In this document: positions 7,897 to 17,886 of the stretch, piece after piece
Numbering within the stretch: the first letter of the stretch is position 1
Layout of the letters: each line of letters starts with the position of its first letter
From: Planctomycetota bacterium
GTDB lineage: Bacteria; Planctomycetota; SZUA-567; H5-PLA8
Length of the DNA stretch: 64,000 bases
Direction: 5' to 3'
Assembly (NCBI GenBank): GCA_038227875.1
Contig: JBBRPR010000013.1
Coordinates: forward strand, 96,001-160,000
Notes under the pieces: model-generated
Databases searched by the model: none
What the model was told of the DNA's origin: nothing
The model's input: the letters and a program-made list of their open reading frames with translations, nothing else
Translations under genes and position numbers: made by a program

Positions 7897-10845
7897 TTAA
7901 GGCTTCGCCGTCACCGCGGAAGTCCGAACTGGCGCGTCTTTCAACACGACTTTCTCCTCTGTGGCGTATCCGAGTTTTACGCTCAGGATGCGGTAGTTGG
8001 CGTAGTCGGCAATGAACAGCCGCCGGTCGGAATGCGTGGCCACGTAGCACGGTGCGGCCAGCGCCACTTCGTCGCCGCCCATGGCTCGCGGTGCTCCCGG
8101 TCCACCCTCGGCAATCAGTGGTGTGCCGCAGTCCACATTTCCATACCGGCCAATGCGCATGATCAGGCTGCCGTTGGTGTCCAGCACCGCCACCGTGGAT
8201 CGCCCCAGTTCCGTCACGAACGAGCGGGCGTACAGATCCAGCGCGCCGCGCGAATTCCAGCATGAACAATTCGGAGCCCAATGCGGAATGAAGCCGTCCC
8301 GCCCCACTCCGCCGTACATCCATTCCGCGCCTTCCACCCACGTGTTCTCGCCAAACGCCATGTCCACATCGGCCGGACGCTTCGGTGTCATTTCGGGCGA
8401 AAGCGGTATCGGGAGTTCCTTGCTGTGACTGATCACCTTGCCCACCTTCGGCTTGAACTTCATCAACGTTTCGGAGCACACCGGCAGAGTGTCCTTGCCG
8501 TCAATCAAGCGCCGGCCGGCAGCCAGAGCATAGATATTGTCGTCGCGGTCCAGGTTCATGCCGTCGGTCAAACTTAAGCCCGGCACCGCGTCCTGGTAGA
8601 TCGGCTTGCCGTGCTTGTCCCAGACATGCACCTCCGCGTAGCGTACCCGCCCCGGAAAATTCGATGGTTCGTAGGCCTTGCCCGCCTGCGATATGATCCG
8701 GGGCGCGTTGGGATCCAGAGCACGGGTATCTTTGATGTTGAAGCACGAGACCACAATGTTGCCCCGCGGCGAGACGCCAAACCCACCCAGATGAAACTGG
8801 CCCGGCTTGCCCGCGCCCGGCAGCGGAATCACCGCCAGCGTCGCGTGTGCGTCGCCATCGAATCCAGGATTGGTCATCTCATCGCCGTAGTCCCAGGGGA
8901 CCTCGCGCATGGTCGTCGGATCGTAGCGAGCCACCACCACGTCGGTCCGCAGGTAGATCAGCCCTTCCAGATCGAACGCAATTTCCTCCGTCGAGAACGG
9001 CAGCGTCATCGGCGTGCATTTGCCGGTAGCGGGATCGATTCGCAAGAGTTCCCGCGTCGATTTTCCCACGCCGCCGTCGCCTTCCATCACGTAAAGCATT
9101 CCGTCTTTCGGATTCACATAGAGTCGTTGTCGTCCGTGTGCCGGGCATTGCGGCGGCGTGATGCGCGTGATGGCTTCGCCGACATCTTTGGCGAAATTGA
9201 CTTTCTCTTCCAGTTTTCCGTTCTTCTCCACCAGGAGTTGATAGAAGGACTTTGCCCAGCCCTCAAATTGCCACTGCCCTTTGGAATAATCCCGCCGCTG
9301 CTGCATCACCTTTTCCGTGCTGTCGCCGGTGCCCGGAACCAGCCAGATCGTTGGAGGCTCGGTGTTGAAATCCATCGCGATTTCGTGGGTGTCGTACGTC
9401 CGGTTCATGAACGCCTGATCGGCGTAGCCGGAGAGCGTCAGCGGATACGTGGCCACGGTTTTCGGGTCGTCCACCGGCCCCAGATGCGTGAACGTGGCAG
9501 CCAGTTTGCCCTGAATCCGCGGCGTAACGTAAAACCACGATGCGAAATAGATGTGCCCGGTTTTGGGATGCACGAAGACCCGCAACGGCTTCACTGCGGG
9601 AACGCTCTTCACCAGTTTTCCATCCGGCGAGAGCACCTGGATTCGGTCGTTATCGTAATCGGCGACGTACACGCGGCCCTGGCTATCGCACGCGATGCTC
9701 ATGGGACTGCTGAACTGATTCTCTCCCGCGCCGCCTTTGTCGTACTGAAGACTGCCCGCCCACAATTCCGGGCCCTTGTCTCCCTCGTACGACATGCGCA
9801 GCACCGCCGGAATAAATCCGGCCGGTCGCGAATCCCCGTACGGCCAGCCGTACCGAAAGCCCGACAGGTAAATCCACTTGCCGTCCGGTGAAACCGCTGC
9901 GCTTTGCGGAATGCCTTCGTTGTGATTGACTCCAGCCGCGGGTTCAACCGTGGTCTTCGGCCCCTGCAGCGACAAGCCGTCCGTCGTGCCGTCGGAGGCC
10001 ACGCGATTCAGTGAGCGTTTGATCAGCGCGATGTGGCTGGGTTTTCCAGCCTCTGCCGGCAGCAGCGCCATGGCCGAAGCCGCCGCCCCGTACTTGGTGG
10101 GATTGATCCGGCCCGTGCCTGTTCCCGCGTCGTCGCCGGACGTCAGCAGCGTGCTGAACATCAACCCCTGCCACTCCGGATACAGCTTTCCGTCCTGAGG
10201 AAGTTCCAGCCACTTCAAGCCGACCACTTTGCTCAGCGCCGATTGCAGGCTCGTCGCCGAATTCGATTTGGCATCCGCAGAGGAATAGTCCGCGGGAAAC
10301 GGATACACGGTGCGAACGTAATTCCCCTGATGGTCGAACAGGCGCAGGTGATCCACGCCGCCGCCTTCGAACGCGTACATCCCTTCCGGACCGGCAGCGA
10401 AGATCGGCCGGATGCCCGGCGCGATGCGCTTCTTCGGGCTCCAGAACAACGTCCGCTCAAACTGCGGCTTCAATCCCAGTGAGACACGAATCACTTCTCC
10501 GTTCACGTACTCGCCCCGGTCGTCCTTGCCGTCCCAGACGATCCGCTGTTTCTTCGAATTTTTTTGAAACGGTTCCGGCGCGTTGGGCCCCAGCACGCCG
10601 CTGACGAAGTGTCGCAAAATCTTCCCGCCGGCGTCTTCGACCGCCACGGTCACATCGCAGAAGCCCACGGTTTCGAATTCAATCGACACATCTTTTTCGT
10701 TCAGACGTGAAACCACCGGCTTCTGCGCGAATTCAAAGACCTGCTCCCGCTTGATTTTGAATTCGTCCGCTTCCGCCGCGCAAACCTGCAGCGCCAGAAG
10801 TGATGGAAGCATACCGAGCAGTATGCATGCGAGTACCCTTCTCAT
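7897..10845 (-). CDS. Secreted protein with N-terminal FlgD-like Ig domain and NHL-repeat beta-propeller
   Basis: Signal peptide; WDGKDDRG (FlgD-Ig-like); FSSPMSIACDSQGRVYVADYDNDRIQV NHL repeat. Confidence 0.75.
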   Translation of the reverse strand: MRRVLACILLGMLPSLLALQVCAAEADEFKIKREQVFEFAQKPVVSRLNEKDVSIEFETVGFCDVTVAVEDAGGKILRHFVSGVLGPNAPEPFQKNSKKQRIVWDGKDDRGEYVNGEVIRVSLGLKPQFERTLFWSPKKRIAPGIRPIFAAGPEGMYAFEGGGVDHLRLFDHQGNYVRTVYPFPADYSSADAKSNSATSLQSALSKVVGLKWLELPQDGKLYPEWQGLMFSTLLTSGDDAGTGTGRINPTKYGAAASAMALLPAEAGKPSHIALIKRSLNRVASDGTTDGLSLQGPKTTVEPAAGVNHNEGIPQSAAVSPDGKWIYLSGFRYGWPYGDSRPAGFIPAVLRMSYEGDKGPELWAGSLQYDKGGAGENQFSSPMSIACDSQGRVYVADYDNDRIQVLSPDGKLVKSVPAVKPLRVFVHPKTGHIYFASWFYVTPRIQGKLAATFTHLGPVDDPKTVATYPLTLSGYADQAFMNRTYDTHEIAMDFNTEPPTIWLVPGTGDSTEKVMQQRRDYSKGQWQFEGWAKSFYQLLVEKNGKLEEKVNFAKDVGEAITRITPPQCPAHGRQRLYVNPKDGMLYVMEGDGGVGKSTRELLRIDPATGKCTPMTLPFSTEEIAFDLEGLIYLRTDVVVARYDPTTMREVPWDYGDEMTNPGFDGDAHATLAVIPLPGAGKPGQFHLGGFGVSPRGNIVVSCFNIKDTRALDPNAPRIISQAGKAYEPSNFPGRVRYAEVHVWDKHGKPIYQDAVPGLSLTDGMNLDRDDNIYALAAGRRLIDGKDTLPVCSETLMKFKPKVGKVISHSKELPIPLSPEMTPKRPADVDMAFGENTWVEGAEWMYGGVGRDGFIPHWAPNCSCWNSRGALDLYARSFVTELGRSTVAVLDTNGSLIMRIGRYGNVDCGTPLIAEGGPGAPRAMGGDEVALAAPCYVATHSDRRLFIADYANYRILSVKLGYATEEKVVLKDAPVRTSAVTAKP

Positions 10846-10967
10846 GCGCGTCTCCTTCCATATGTGGTTCGCGCGGCCGATTGGACCTCGGCCTGTGAGA
10901 AAGAGTACACCAGAATAGTTTCACTACATACAAAAATCTTTCTATAAATTTATATTACAGATGCGTG

Positions 10968-12761
10968 TCATTTCTCCGGACGCGGCCCATACTGCGGAAG
11001 TTCCTCGCCCAACTCATACGCGCCCAGGTCGGGTGCCTTGCCTTTGAAACCGTCGTTGAAGCCGGGCAGCACCTCGCCCGCATCCACCGCCGCACTTTCA
11101 GGCTTCAACCGCGCATCGACCTTGGTATTCGAGAACTGGACCCCGCGGTCCTCCGGCGGACGCAGCCCCGAAGCAAACGCCGTGGCCGGATCCACCACCA
11201 CCGCATGTTTGTAGCACGGCGCGTTCGGGGCGCTCTTGAGCTGCTCCAGCGTGTCGAACTTCGCGCCGTTGTATTTCAGGAACTTCTCCCACGGTCCGCC
11301 GCCGAAGCCGTCGTAATCGAAATCGCAGCCCAGCATCTTCGGATCACATTCAAACGCGTACGTGCTCTTGGTACCGATGAACAGGTTGTTCCGCTGCATG
11401 CAATTGCGTACAGGCTCCGGCGTCCACACCGCCCACGCGTTATCTTTCTTGACGACGGTGTTGTGGAAAAAAATCGCGCCGGACGGCGAGTTGTGATACT
11501 TGAACGGCTCTTCCCCGCAGTTGTAGACCACATTGCGGAACACGTACACCGGACCGCCGAAAATCGGCTGCACGGAAATCCCCTGGAACACGTTGGTGAA
11601 GCGGTTGAAAAAGCAGCGCGTATTCCGCTCGGAATAATCCATCTCGATGCCGTCGTCGTTCGATTCACTGCAATCGTTGTGATGAAAGTCGATCGCGCAG
11701 GTGATGCTTGAAGGACTCACGTCGAGCGCATCCTTAAAATGGTGGATGCGGTTGTAGCAGATGTCGTGACCGCAACCGGCCAGCTCAATGCCGCGCCATT
11801 CCGTCTCCCAGAGTTTCTCCCACTCCTTGTTGTGATTGCCCACCGGGCCGCAGTCGAGCCACGAATAGAACTGTCCTTCGAGCAGATTGTCCGCGATGAA
11901 AAATCCGGTGCAGTGTTCTTTCCGGTTTCCCGACGCCGTGATGCCTTCGTTGATTTTGTAAAAGTGACAGCGGCGAATGACCAGGCGCTGACCGTCGTGG
12001 GCGACCAGACCCCACTCGGAATTCCGCACGCTCAATTTCTCAAACCAGACGTCGTGAGCGTCATTGGCCGTAATTACATTCCCCTTGCCCGTTCCTTCGA
12101 TCACGGACTCGCCATCCCCCGCCCCGCGCCAGATGATCGGTTTGCCCTGCTCGCCGGACTTTGTGATTTCCCAGACACCACCGTAGACGCCGGCATGCAC
12201 GAGAAACAAATCCCCCGGCTTTGCCGCCGCCTGGGCTGCAGCCAGGCCTTTGAACGGATCTGATGCACTCCCGCTTCCGCCGCCCGCTCCCGGAGCGACG
12301 TGAAGCGTATGCATGTCTTTGGGCGCCACCGGCTCAGCGTTGGTTCTGCATTTCAGCACGCGCTCCGCGCTGCCGCCATCCGGATCGGTCAGTGAGAGCT
12401 GCAGCTCGTAATCAGTATCCGGAGTCAACAACACCACGCTTCCCGCGAATAGCCACGCGCCTTCCGGCACATCAAGCTTGCTGTGATGCTTGTCTTTCAT
12501 GCGGATGCCGTTGTGTGCGCCCTTTTCGACGCGCAGCATCGGCATGCTCTTGGTCCACGCGGAAGTTCCCGCTTTTCGGTACGCCATACCCACCGCGGCG
12601 TTGGAATTGTCATCGCCTTTAATGATCCAGTACGCGCCCAGCGAGTGCAGCGTCGGCGGATCGAGCACCGGATCGGCCAGCGGCGACGACGCATTCTCCG
12701 CCCACACGCTGGCAGCCAACAGCAACGTCATCCCCAAAACAGTGCAGCGATGTCGAATCAT
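10968..12761 (-). CDS. Secreted right-handed beta-helix protein (pectate-lyase-like fold)
   Basis: Signal peptide; GSGSASDPF...AKPGDLFLVHAGVY opener; parallel beta-helix-like repeats; terminal APDLGAYE motif. Confidence 0.75.
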   Translation of the reverse strand: MIRHRCTVLGMTLLLAASVWAENASSPLADPVLDPPTLHSLGAYWIIKGDDNSNAAVGMAYRKAGTSAWTKSMPMLRVEKGAHNGIRMKDKHHSKLDVPEGAWLFAGSVVLLTPDTDYELQLSLTDPDGGSAERVLKCRTNAEPVAPKDMHTLHVAPGAGGGSGSASDPFKGLAAAQAAAKPGDLFLVHAGVYGGVWEITKSGEQGKPIIWRGAGDGESVIEGTGKGNVITANDAHDVWFEKLSVRNSEWGLVAHDGQRLVIRRCHFYKINEGITASGNRKEHCTGFFIADNLLEGQFYSWLDCGPVGNHNKEWEKLWETEWRGIELAGCGHDICYNRIHHFKDALDVSPSSITCAIDFHHNDCSESNDDGIEMDYSERNTRCFFNRFTNVFQGISVQPIFGGPVYVFRNVVYNCGEEPFKYHNSPSGAIFFHNTVVKKDNAWAVWTPEPVRNCMQRNNLFIGTKSTYAFECDPKMLGCDFDYDGFGGGPWEKFLKYNGAKFDTLEQLKSAPNAPCYKHAVVVDPATAFASGLRPPEDRGVQFSNTKVDARLKPESAAVDAGEVLPGFNDGFKGKAPDLGAYELGEELPQYGPRPEK

Positions 12762-12870
12762 TGCGTGTCACCTCGTCCAGTGTCGGCTTCCACTCTCCAT
12801 ATCTTTCCTGAGAAATCTTTATGGGAGATTTTTGGCAGGAACCCGCCGCCTGGCCTGCTACATTTGCTGC

Positions 12871-13323
12871 ATGGAACCCTTGATCGAAATTGCTCGTGCC
12901 GACCGCCCGGACGCCGTCGCCTTGATCGCCGCGCTCGACACCTATCTCGAAGCGCTCTACCCGGCAGCCAGCAACCATCTGCTCAGCGTTAGCGAATTGC
13001 TCAAACCGGAATTCGTCTTCCTGTTGGCAACCGTCGAGGGTCAGACTGTCGGCTGCGGCGCACTGCGAAATTGCGGGGAGTATGGCGAGATCAAACGAAT
13101 GTTCGTGAAACCCGAGCAGCGTGGGAAGCGCATCGGCGTGCAGTTGCTCTCGCGGTTGGAAAAACTCGCCGCGGAACAAGGTCTGCGCGTACTGCGCCTG
13201 GAAACAGGCGTCGCGCAGCCGGAATCGCTCCGGCTTTACGAACGCTGTGGCTACCACCGCATCGGCGCGTTTGGGCCGTACACGGAAGATGCGCTCAGTC
13301 TGTTTTACGAGAAGACGCTTTAA
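12871..13323 (+). CDS. GNAT N-acetyltransferase
   Basis: GEIKRMFVKPEQRGKRIG and LRLETG...LYERCGY motifs; start set at ATG 12871. Confidence 0.88.
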   Translation: MEPLIEIARADRPDAVALIAALDTYLEALYPAASNHLLSVSELLKPEFVFLLATVEGQTVGCGALRNCGEYGEIKRMFVKPEQRGKRIGVQLLSRLEKLAAEQGLRVLRLETGVAQPESLRLYERCGYHRIGAFGPYTEDALSLFYEKTL

Positions 13324-13326
13324 AGT

Positions 13327-14145
13327 TCAGGACGCGACGCGTTCCACCGCAAGCAAGCGACGCTGCCGCGCCAGCCGTTCGGCGGGCGTCGTGTTCTTGC
13401 TCGAAAGTCCCGCACCCAGGCGCCGCAATTCCTCGCTCCGCGGCGGCGTGTAGACATCCAGCAGCAGGCGCTGCCGCCGTTTGAGCGTCTCGGCCGAGGC
13501 GTAAAGCTCCGTCACCTTCTCGCGCGTGATGCGCATCGCCACCGTGTCCGCTTCCTTGAATCGAGCGTCGCGCACCGGCTGGCCAAACGGCACGAACCCC
13601 AGGCACCGCTCGTAGAAATGCTGGTGCGACGGCTTGAGCGTCACAATCGCGTCGGTCGCTTGAGTGAAGTGCAGCAGGAACAGCGTCGCCTGCCGGAACA
13701 TCTGCAGAAACACTTTCGACGACGTCTTCTCACGCTCCAGGCTCACCGCCAGCGAACACACTTCGCACGGCGAGCGGCCGAGGCTGCGCAGCGCCTCCAA
13801 TTCGTTCGCGTAGAGGCTTTCCATCGGCAGTCCGCGCGCCGAATCAGTCACCACGGAAACGGTGCCGTGAACCACATGATCCTCGCGCGCGATGAAGACA
13901 GTCGCCTGATCGAAGCTGTGATGCTCCGTAAAGAACGGCTGCGACTCGCCGTGGCTTTCATCGAGATACCCCGCCTCGCGGTACATCCGCGCGACCAGCA
14001 TTCCGGCTGCGTAACGCTCACCGGGCGTCGTTGCCATGCTCACATCCAAGCCGGGATTTTGGCACTCACGCGGACTAAGCCGATCGCCAGTCTGAGCATG
14101 AAGGGCGAGCGATTGAAGCCGCTGGGAGATTCCGGTGGTCTGCAT
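13327..14145 (-). CDS. N-acyl amino acid synthase (FeeM-like, GNAT/AHL-synthase fold), copy A
   Basis: LVARMYREAGY, GTVSVVTDSARGLPME, EVCSLAV and PSHQHFYERCLGF motifs; GAGG RBS. Confidence 0.75.
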   Translation of the reverse strand: MQTTGISQRLQSLALHAQTGDRLSPRECQNPGLDVSMATTPGERYAAGMLVARMYREAGYLDESHGESQPFFTEHHSFDQATVFIAREDHVVHGTVSVVTDSARGLPMESLYANELEALRSLGRSPCEVCSLAVSLEREKTSSKVFLQMFRQATLFLLHFTQATDAIVTLKPSHQHFYERCLGFVPFGQPVRDARFKEADTVAMRITREKVTELYASAETLKRRQRLLLDVYTPPRSEELRRLGAGLSSKNTTPAERLARQRRLLAVERVAS

Positions 14146-14331
14146 GGCGCCTCACTTTCCGGGAAATTGAGTTGTCGTTACTACCACACCAGTCCGACCC
14201 CGCGTGCCTTCCGCCCACAAATGGAAAATACAAAAACTGTAAATCTGATAGGTGCACGTGGGCAAAAACGCGTACGAAAATGGATATAATTATATCATAG
14301 GGACTATAGTCCCCATGTTGACTTTTGACCC

Positions 14332-15162
14332 TCAGGACAGTTGGCCACAAGTTTCGGCGACGCTCCAGCTCACCGGATCAACGACCACCATCGCCGGCGC
14401 CAGCGGCACCGCTTCCCCCCTTATAAGGTGGACGAGCAACGAAGCCGTCAGCGACGCCGCCGAGAACGTCCCCGCGCCGAGCTGTGAAATCGGACACGGC
14501 TTGCGATCCCGAATCTGCGCGAACTGCGCGTGCACGACTTCCGCGACATACGGCGGCAGCCCGTCGCCCAACTTCGCCAGCGCTTCCAAAAAGAGCGCCG
14601 AATACGTGATGCCTTCCGGCACGTCGCCGTCTTTCAGTCCGACCAGATCGTGCAGCGACGCGCCGCCCTTGTTCGGATCGAACACCAGCGCCGCGCTGCC
14701 CCACCCCGCGGCCACCGGCGAGATGATCGGAATCCCGCGCCGCCGCGCTTCGCTGTGCAGCGCCAGGATGGCCGACGCGTCGAGAAAATCGATGCTGTCG
14801 ACGATCACGTCAATCTCTTCCATCAGCGCGGGGATATTCCCGCCGTCGAGCATGCACGGCAACGCTCGCGCATGAATGTCCGGATGAATCGCGCACAACC
14901 GCGCCGCCAGCCGTTCGGCCTTGTTGCCGCCGACGTCGCTGAAATCAAAAAGCTGCCGGTTGAGGTTATGGACGTCGACGCTGTCCCCGTCGGCGACGGT
15001 GATCTCGGTGAAGCCCGTCCGCGCCAGAACCTCGGCGATCACGCTGCCCAGGCCACAGCCGGCGACCAGCACGCGCGCACGGCGAATCTTCTGCTGCACG
15101 TCCTGGCCGAGAAAACCTGTATTGCGGGAGGTCCACGTCGCGTATTCGGCGGTCGCATGCAT
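14332..15162 (-). CDS. ThiF-family adenylyltransferase, copy A
   Basis: SRNTGF, VAGCGLG, DGDSVDVHNLNRQ and KAE motifs; lacks the MoeB/ThiF CxxC zinc pairs. Confidence 0.88.
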   Translation of the reverse strand: MHATAEYATWTSRNTGFLGQDVQQKIRRARVLVAGCGLGSVIAEVLARTGFTEITVADGDSVDVHNLNRQLFDFSDVGGNKAERLAARLCAIHPDIHARALPCMLDGGNIPALMEEIDVIVDSIDFLDASAILALHSEARRRGIPIISPVAAGWGSAALVFDPNKGGASLHDLVGLKDGDVPEGITYSALFLEALAKLGDGLPPYVAEVVHAQFAQIRDRKPCPISQLGAGTFSAASLTASLLVHLIRGEAVPLAPAMVVVDPVSWSVAETCGQLS

Positions 15163-15188
15163 GGGGCAGTCTCCAAAAAAGGTGAACG

Positions 15189-16655
15189 TCAGTTGCCGTA
15201 GGTGATGCGCAAATTGTCGATCAGAAAATTCGCGCCGTAGATTTCATAGAACTCGACAGACTTCGCATCGGTCCACGCGGGCGCCTTTGATTCTTCGAGG
15301 TAATCGCCGCGCTGCACGCCGTCGTAAAGCGAACGGGTGATGACGACGCCGTGGTCTTCGCGCACGGTCCGTTGGACATGAATCCAGACGCCGCCCTTCC
15401 ACGTCGTCGGCACGGTGTCCTTCTGAAGTTTCAGAATGTCACGGGTCGGTCCGCCGGCATTGCGGCCGGTCCAGATCCCGATGCTCATGGTGTTGGGATC
15501 GAGCACCCAGAGCTCGAATTCAAATTTGACCGGCAACTGCGTGACGGGAATGCCAGTCTTCAGAAACAGACTCGCGCCAGAGGCCGGAAACTTCAGCGCG
15601 CCCGACCCATCCTTGCCGGACTTGGTCACGAAAGTCGGCAGCGGGAAGTTGGCGCGCAGTTCGCCACTCGCCCAATGCCCCCGGTCGACAAATTCCGCCC
15701 CAAGTCCCGTGTCGAAATTCCAGTTCAACACCGTCGGCGCCGGGACGGCCGGAACTGCCGGAACTGCCGGAGCTGCCGGCGTTGGCAGGGCTGCCGGGGC
15801 GACCAGCGGAGCAGGCGGCGCGGAAGGCGTTCGAGTTAATGCGAATACTCCAGCCGCCGCGAGTGCCACGGTGACGGCCGTCGCGGGCATCCAGCTCCCC
15901 GTTTTGCCCGCGCGCGCCAGCCGACCTGTTCGTTTTGACAGTTCGCGGGCCGCATGCATTCCGGGACCGTCGAGACGGCTGAGAATCTTCGCCGTCAATT
16001 CCGGCGGGCAGGTGTGGCCGCCACGCGCGGCTTGCGTCAGCGCTTCCATGCTCGCCCCGGCCAGCGGAATCGCCGCCGCTAGTCCGGCACGCGTAAGACT
16101 GGAACGGAGACGCTCCAGCGCCTTCTGAATTTTCTCCGTCACGCTCGAGCGCGAGAGGCTGAACGTTTCCGCGATGTGCTGGTGCGTCATGTTCGCACCG
16201 TAGCAGCACGTCAGGAGCTGGCATTCCAACTCCGGAAGCGTGTCGAGATGCTGGCGCACCGCCGCGATCAACTCCGCGTTGGCGGCGGAGTCGGCACCGG
16301 AAGACTGCAGCTGGTTGCGCTCCGCGCTCACCCGCTCCTCCCGCTTGGCGCTCTGGTTCAGGCTGCGGCGCAGATCGATGCTTTTGTGGATGATGATTCC
16401 CATGATCCAATTCTCGGCATTGCCACGTTGTTTGGGGAGTGCGGACGGCTCAGTCAGCCAGATGGCGAGCATCGCGTCCTGGACGGCGTCTTCAGCGAGT
16501 TCAGACTTTCGCAGAATGCGCACGGCGAAGCTGTACGCGCGGTCGCGGTGGCGTTCACACAACTCCGTGAACGCCGCCCGGTCGCGCCGCGTCGCGATGG
16601 CCTCCAGCAGTGCCGCGTCCTCAAGTCCGCTCATGTCCGCCTGGTTCCTGTCCAT
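15189..16655 (-). CDS. ECF sigma-70 factor with C-terminal extension (TM plus extracytoplasmic domain), copy A
   Basis: Region 2 (AEDAVQDAMLAIW), region 4 (LDTLP...IAETF), hydrophobic TVTVALAAAGVFAL, Pro/Ala linker, beta-rich C-terminal domain starting LNWNFD. Confidence 0.88.
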   Translation of the reverse strand: MDRNQADMSGLEDAALLEAIATRRDRAAFTELCERHRDRAYSFAVRILRKSELAEDAVQDAMLAIWLTEPSALPKQRGNAENWIMGIIIHKSIDLRRSLNQSAKREERVSAERNQLQSSGADSAANAELIAAVRQHLDTLPELECQLLTCCYGANMTHQHIAETFSLSRSSVTEKIQKALERLRSSLTRAGLAAAIPLAGASMEALTQAARGGHTCPPELTAKILSRLDGPGMHAARELSKRTGRLARAGKTGSWMPATAVTVALAAAGVFALTRTPSAPPAPLVAPAALPTPAAPAVPAVPAVPAPTVLNWNFDTGLGAEFVDRGHWASGELRANFPLPTFVTKSGKDGSGALKFPASGASLFLKTGIPVTQLPVKFEFELWVLDPNTMSIGIWTGRNAGGPTRDILKLQKDTVPTTWKGGVWIHVQRTVREDHGVVITRSLYDGVQRGDYLEESKAPAWTDAKSVEFYEIYGANFLIDNLRITYGN

Positions 16656-16678
16656 TGTCTTCGTCTTTCAACAGTGTC

Positions 16679-16719
16679 TCGGAACCGATCGCGAGTTGGT
16701 CGGAAGAAAGTTGAAAAAT
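16679..16719 (-). promoter_or_regulatory. Conserved upstream motif of ECF copy A (putative ECF promoter)
   Basis: Minus strand ATTTTTCAActtTCTTCCGaCCAACTcgcgATCGgtTCcGA; 31/41 identical by hand count to 24152..24192. Confidence 0.6.
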
Positions 16720-16740
16720 CTTTTCAGGCGGGCGAAATAC

Positions 16741-17805
16741 CTATGACCGGGGGCGGGTCAGCAACGCCTGTTTAAAGCGTTCCAGCAGCTCTTCAGTGTA
16801 GCAGGCCCGCGCCGCACACCGCAGCAGATTGTGCCGGGGCTCTGACGGATATTTGAAGTAAGGCGCGACCAGGCCGAAGGTTACCAGATGCGCGGCCAGT
16901 GCCGCGGCTTCGTGTTCATCTTTGAGCATCAGCGCGACAATCGGCGAATCCGGACAGACTACGCCCAACCCCGCCGTGCGCGCCGTCTCCCGCATGAACG
17001 TAGCGTGTTTCCACATTTTCTCGCGCAGACCGGGCTCAGTCCGCACGATTTCCATCGCCTTAACGCACGCCGCCGAGATCGGTGGCGGCGGCATCGACGC
17101 GCCAGAATTGTGCGACGAACGCCGGTACTGCTCCACGCGTTCGCGGCTGCCGAGCAGGAATCCACCGTTACATCCCAGCGCCTTGCTCATGCTGCCCAGA
17201 ATCACCGCGTCATTGGGCTGCAACCCGCACGCTTCCGCCGCGCCGCGTCCGGATTTTCCCAGCGCGAAAACGCCGTGCGCATCGTCGATGAACAATTCCG
17301 CGCCATGCGCCTTGGCCACGGCATAAAGTTCCTGCAGCGGCGCGACCTCGCCGCTGATGCCGTAAACACCGTCGGTGGCGACAATCGGTGGCGGTCCGGA
17401 ATGCGCGGCAAGCTGACGCTTCAAGTCCGCGGCATCGAGGTGCTTGAAACGCCGGATCGTGAATCCGGCCGACTTCATGCCCATGTACTGATTGGAGTGC
17501 ACCGTCTCATCGCAATAAACGGTGTCAGATTTCGTCCGCGCAACTTCGTAGTACACGGCGCCGCCCAAGTACGTCGCGCCGAGAATACAACTGTCCTCCG
17601 CGCCAAAGTACGCCGCCAGATCGGACTCCAGGCGTGCATGAATTTCCGTCCAGCCCAGCGCCCAGCGGGAGCTCATCGACGACACCCCGTGCCGCCGCGC
17701 GCCCTCGTACATGGCATCCGCCAGGCGCGGATCGCCCGCCAATCCGAGGTAATCGTTTCCAGCGAACGCGGTTTTTCCGGGCGTCAGAGCGATCTGCGGC
17801 GGCAT
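16741..17805 (-). CDS. PLP-dependent alpha-oxoamine synthase family protein (BioF/KBL/SPT/CqsA-like)
   Basis: NDYLGLA, FKHLD, TDGVYGISG, DDAHG and GSMSKALG (PLP lysine) motifs. Confidence 0.85.
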   Translation of the reverse strand: MPPQIALTPGKTAFAGNDYLGLAGDPRLADAMYEGARRHGVSSMSSRWALGWTEIHARLESDLAAYFGAEDSCILGATYLGGAVYYEVARTKSDTVYCDETVHSNQYMGMKSAGFTIRRFKHLDAADLKRQLAAHSGPPPIVATDGVYGISGEVAPLQELYAVAKAHGAELFIDDAHGVFALGKSGRGAAEACGLQPNDAVILGSMSKALGCNGGFLLGSRERVEQYRRSSHNSGASMPPPPISAACVKAMEIVRTEPGLREKMWKHATFMRETARTAGLGVVCPDSPIVALMLKDEHEAAALAAHLVTFGLVAPYFKYPSEPRHNLLRCAARACYTEELLERFKQALLTRPRS

Positions 17806-17886
17806 GGTTTTTCGTCTCCCGAATGGAGGCGGATTTATACACCGCTCACATTTGGCAGCGAACTAAAAACAAGAATTTCAGCGCGA

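Noticed and set aside
12490..12870. N-terminal extension of the GNAT ORF
   Set aside because: Overlaps the opposite-strand beta-helix gene; the GNAT domain starts at ATG 12871.
14183..14200. Sigma54-like GGCACG upstream of FeeM-A
   Set aside because: Reads GG-N10-CG rather than GG-N10-GC.
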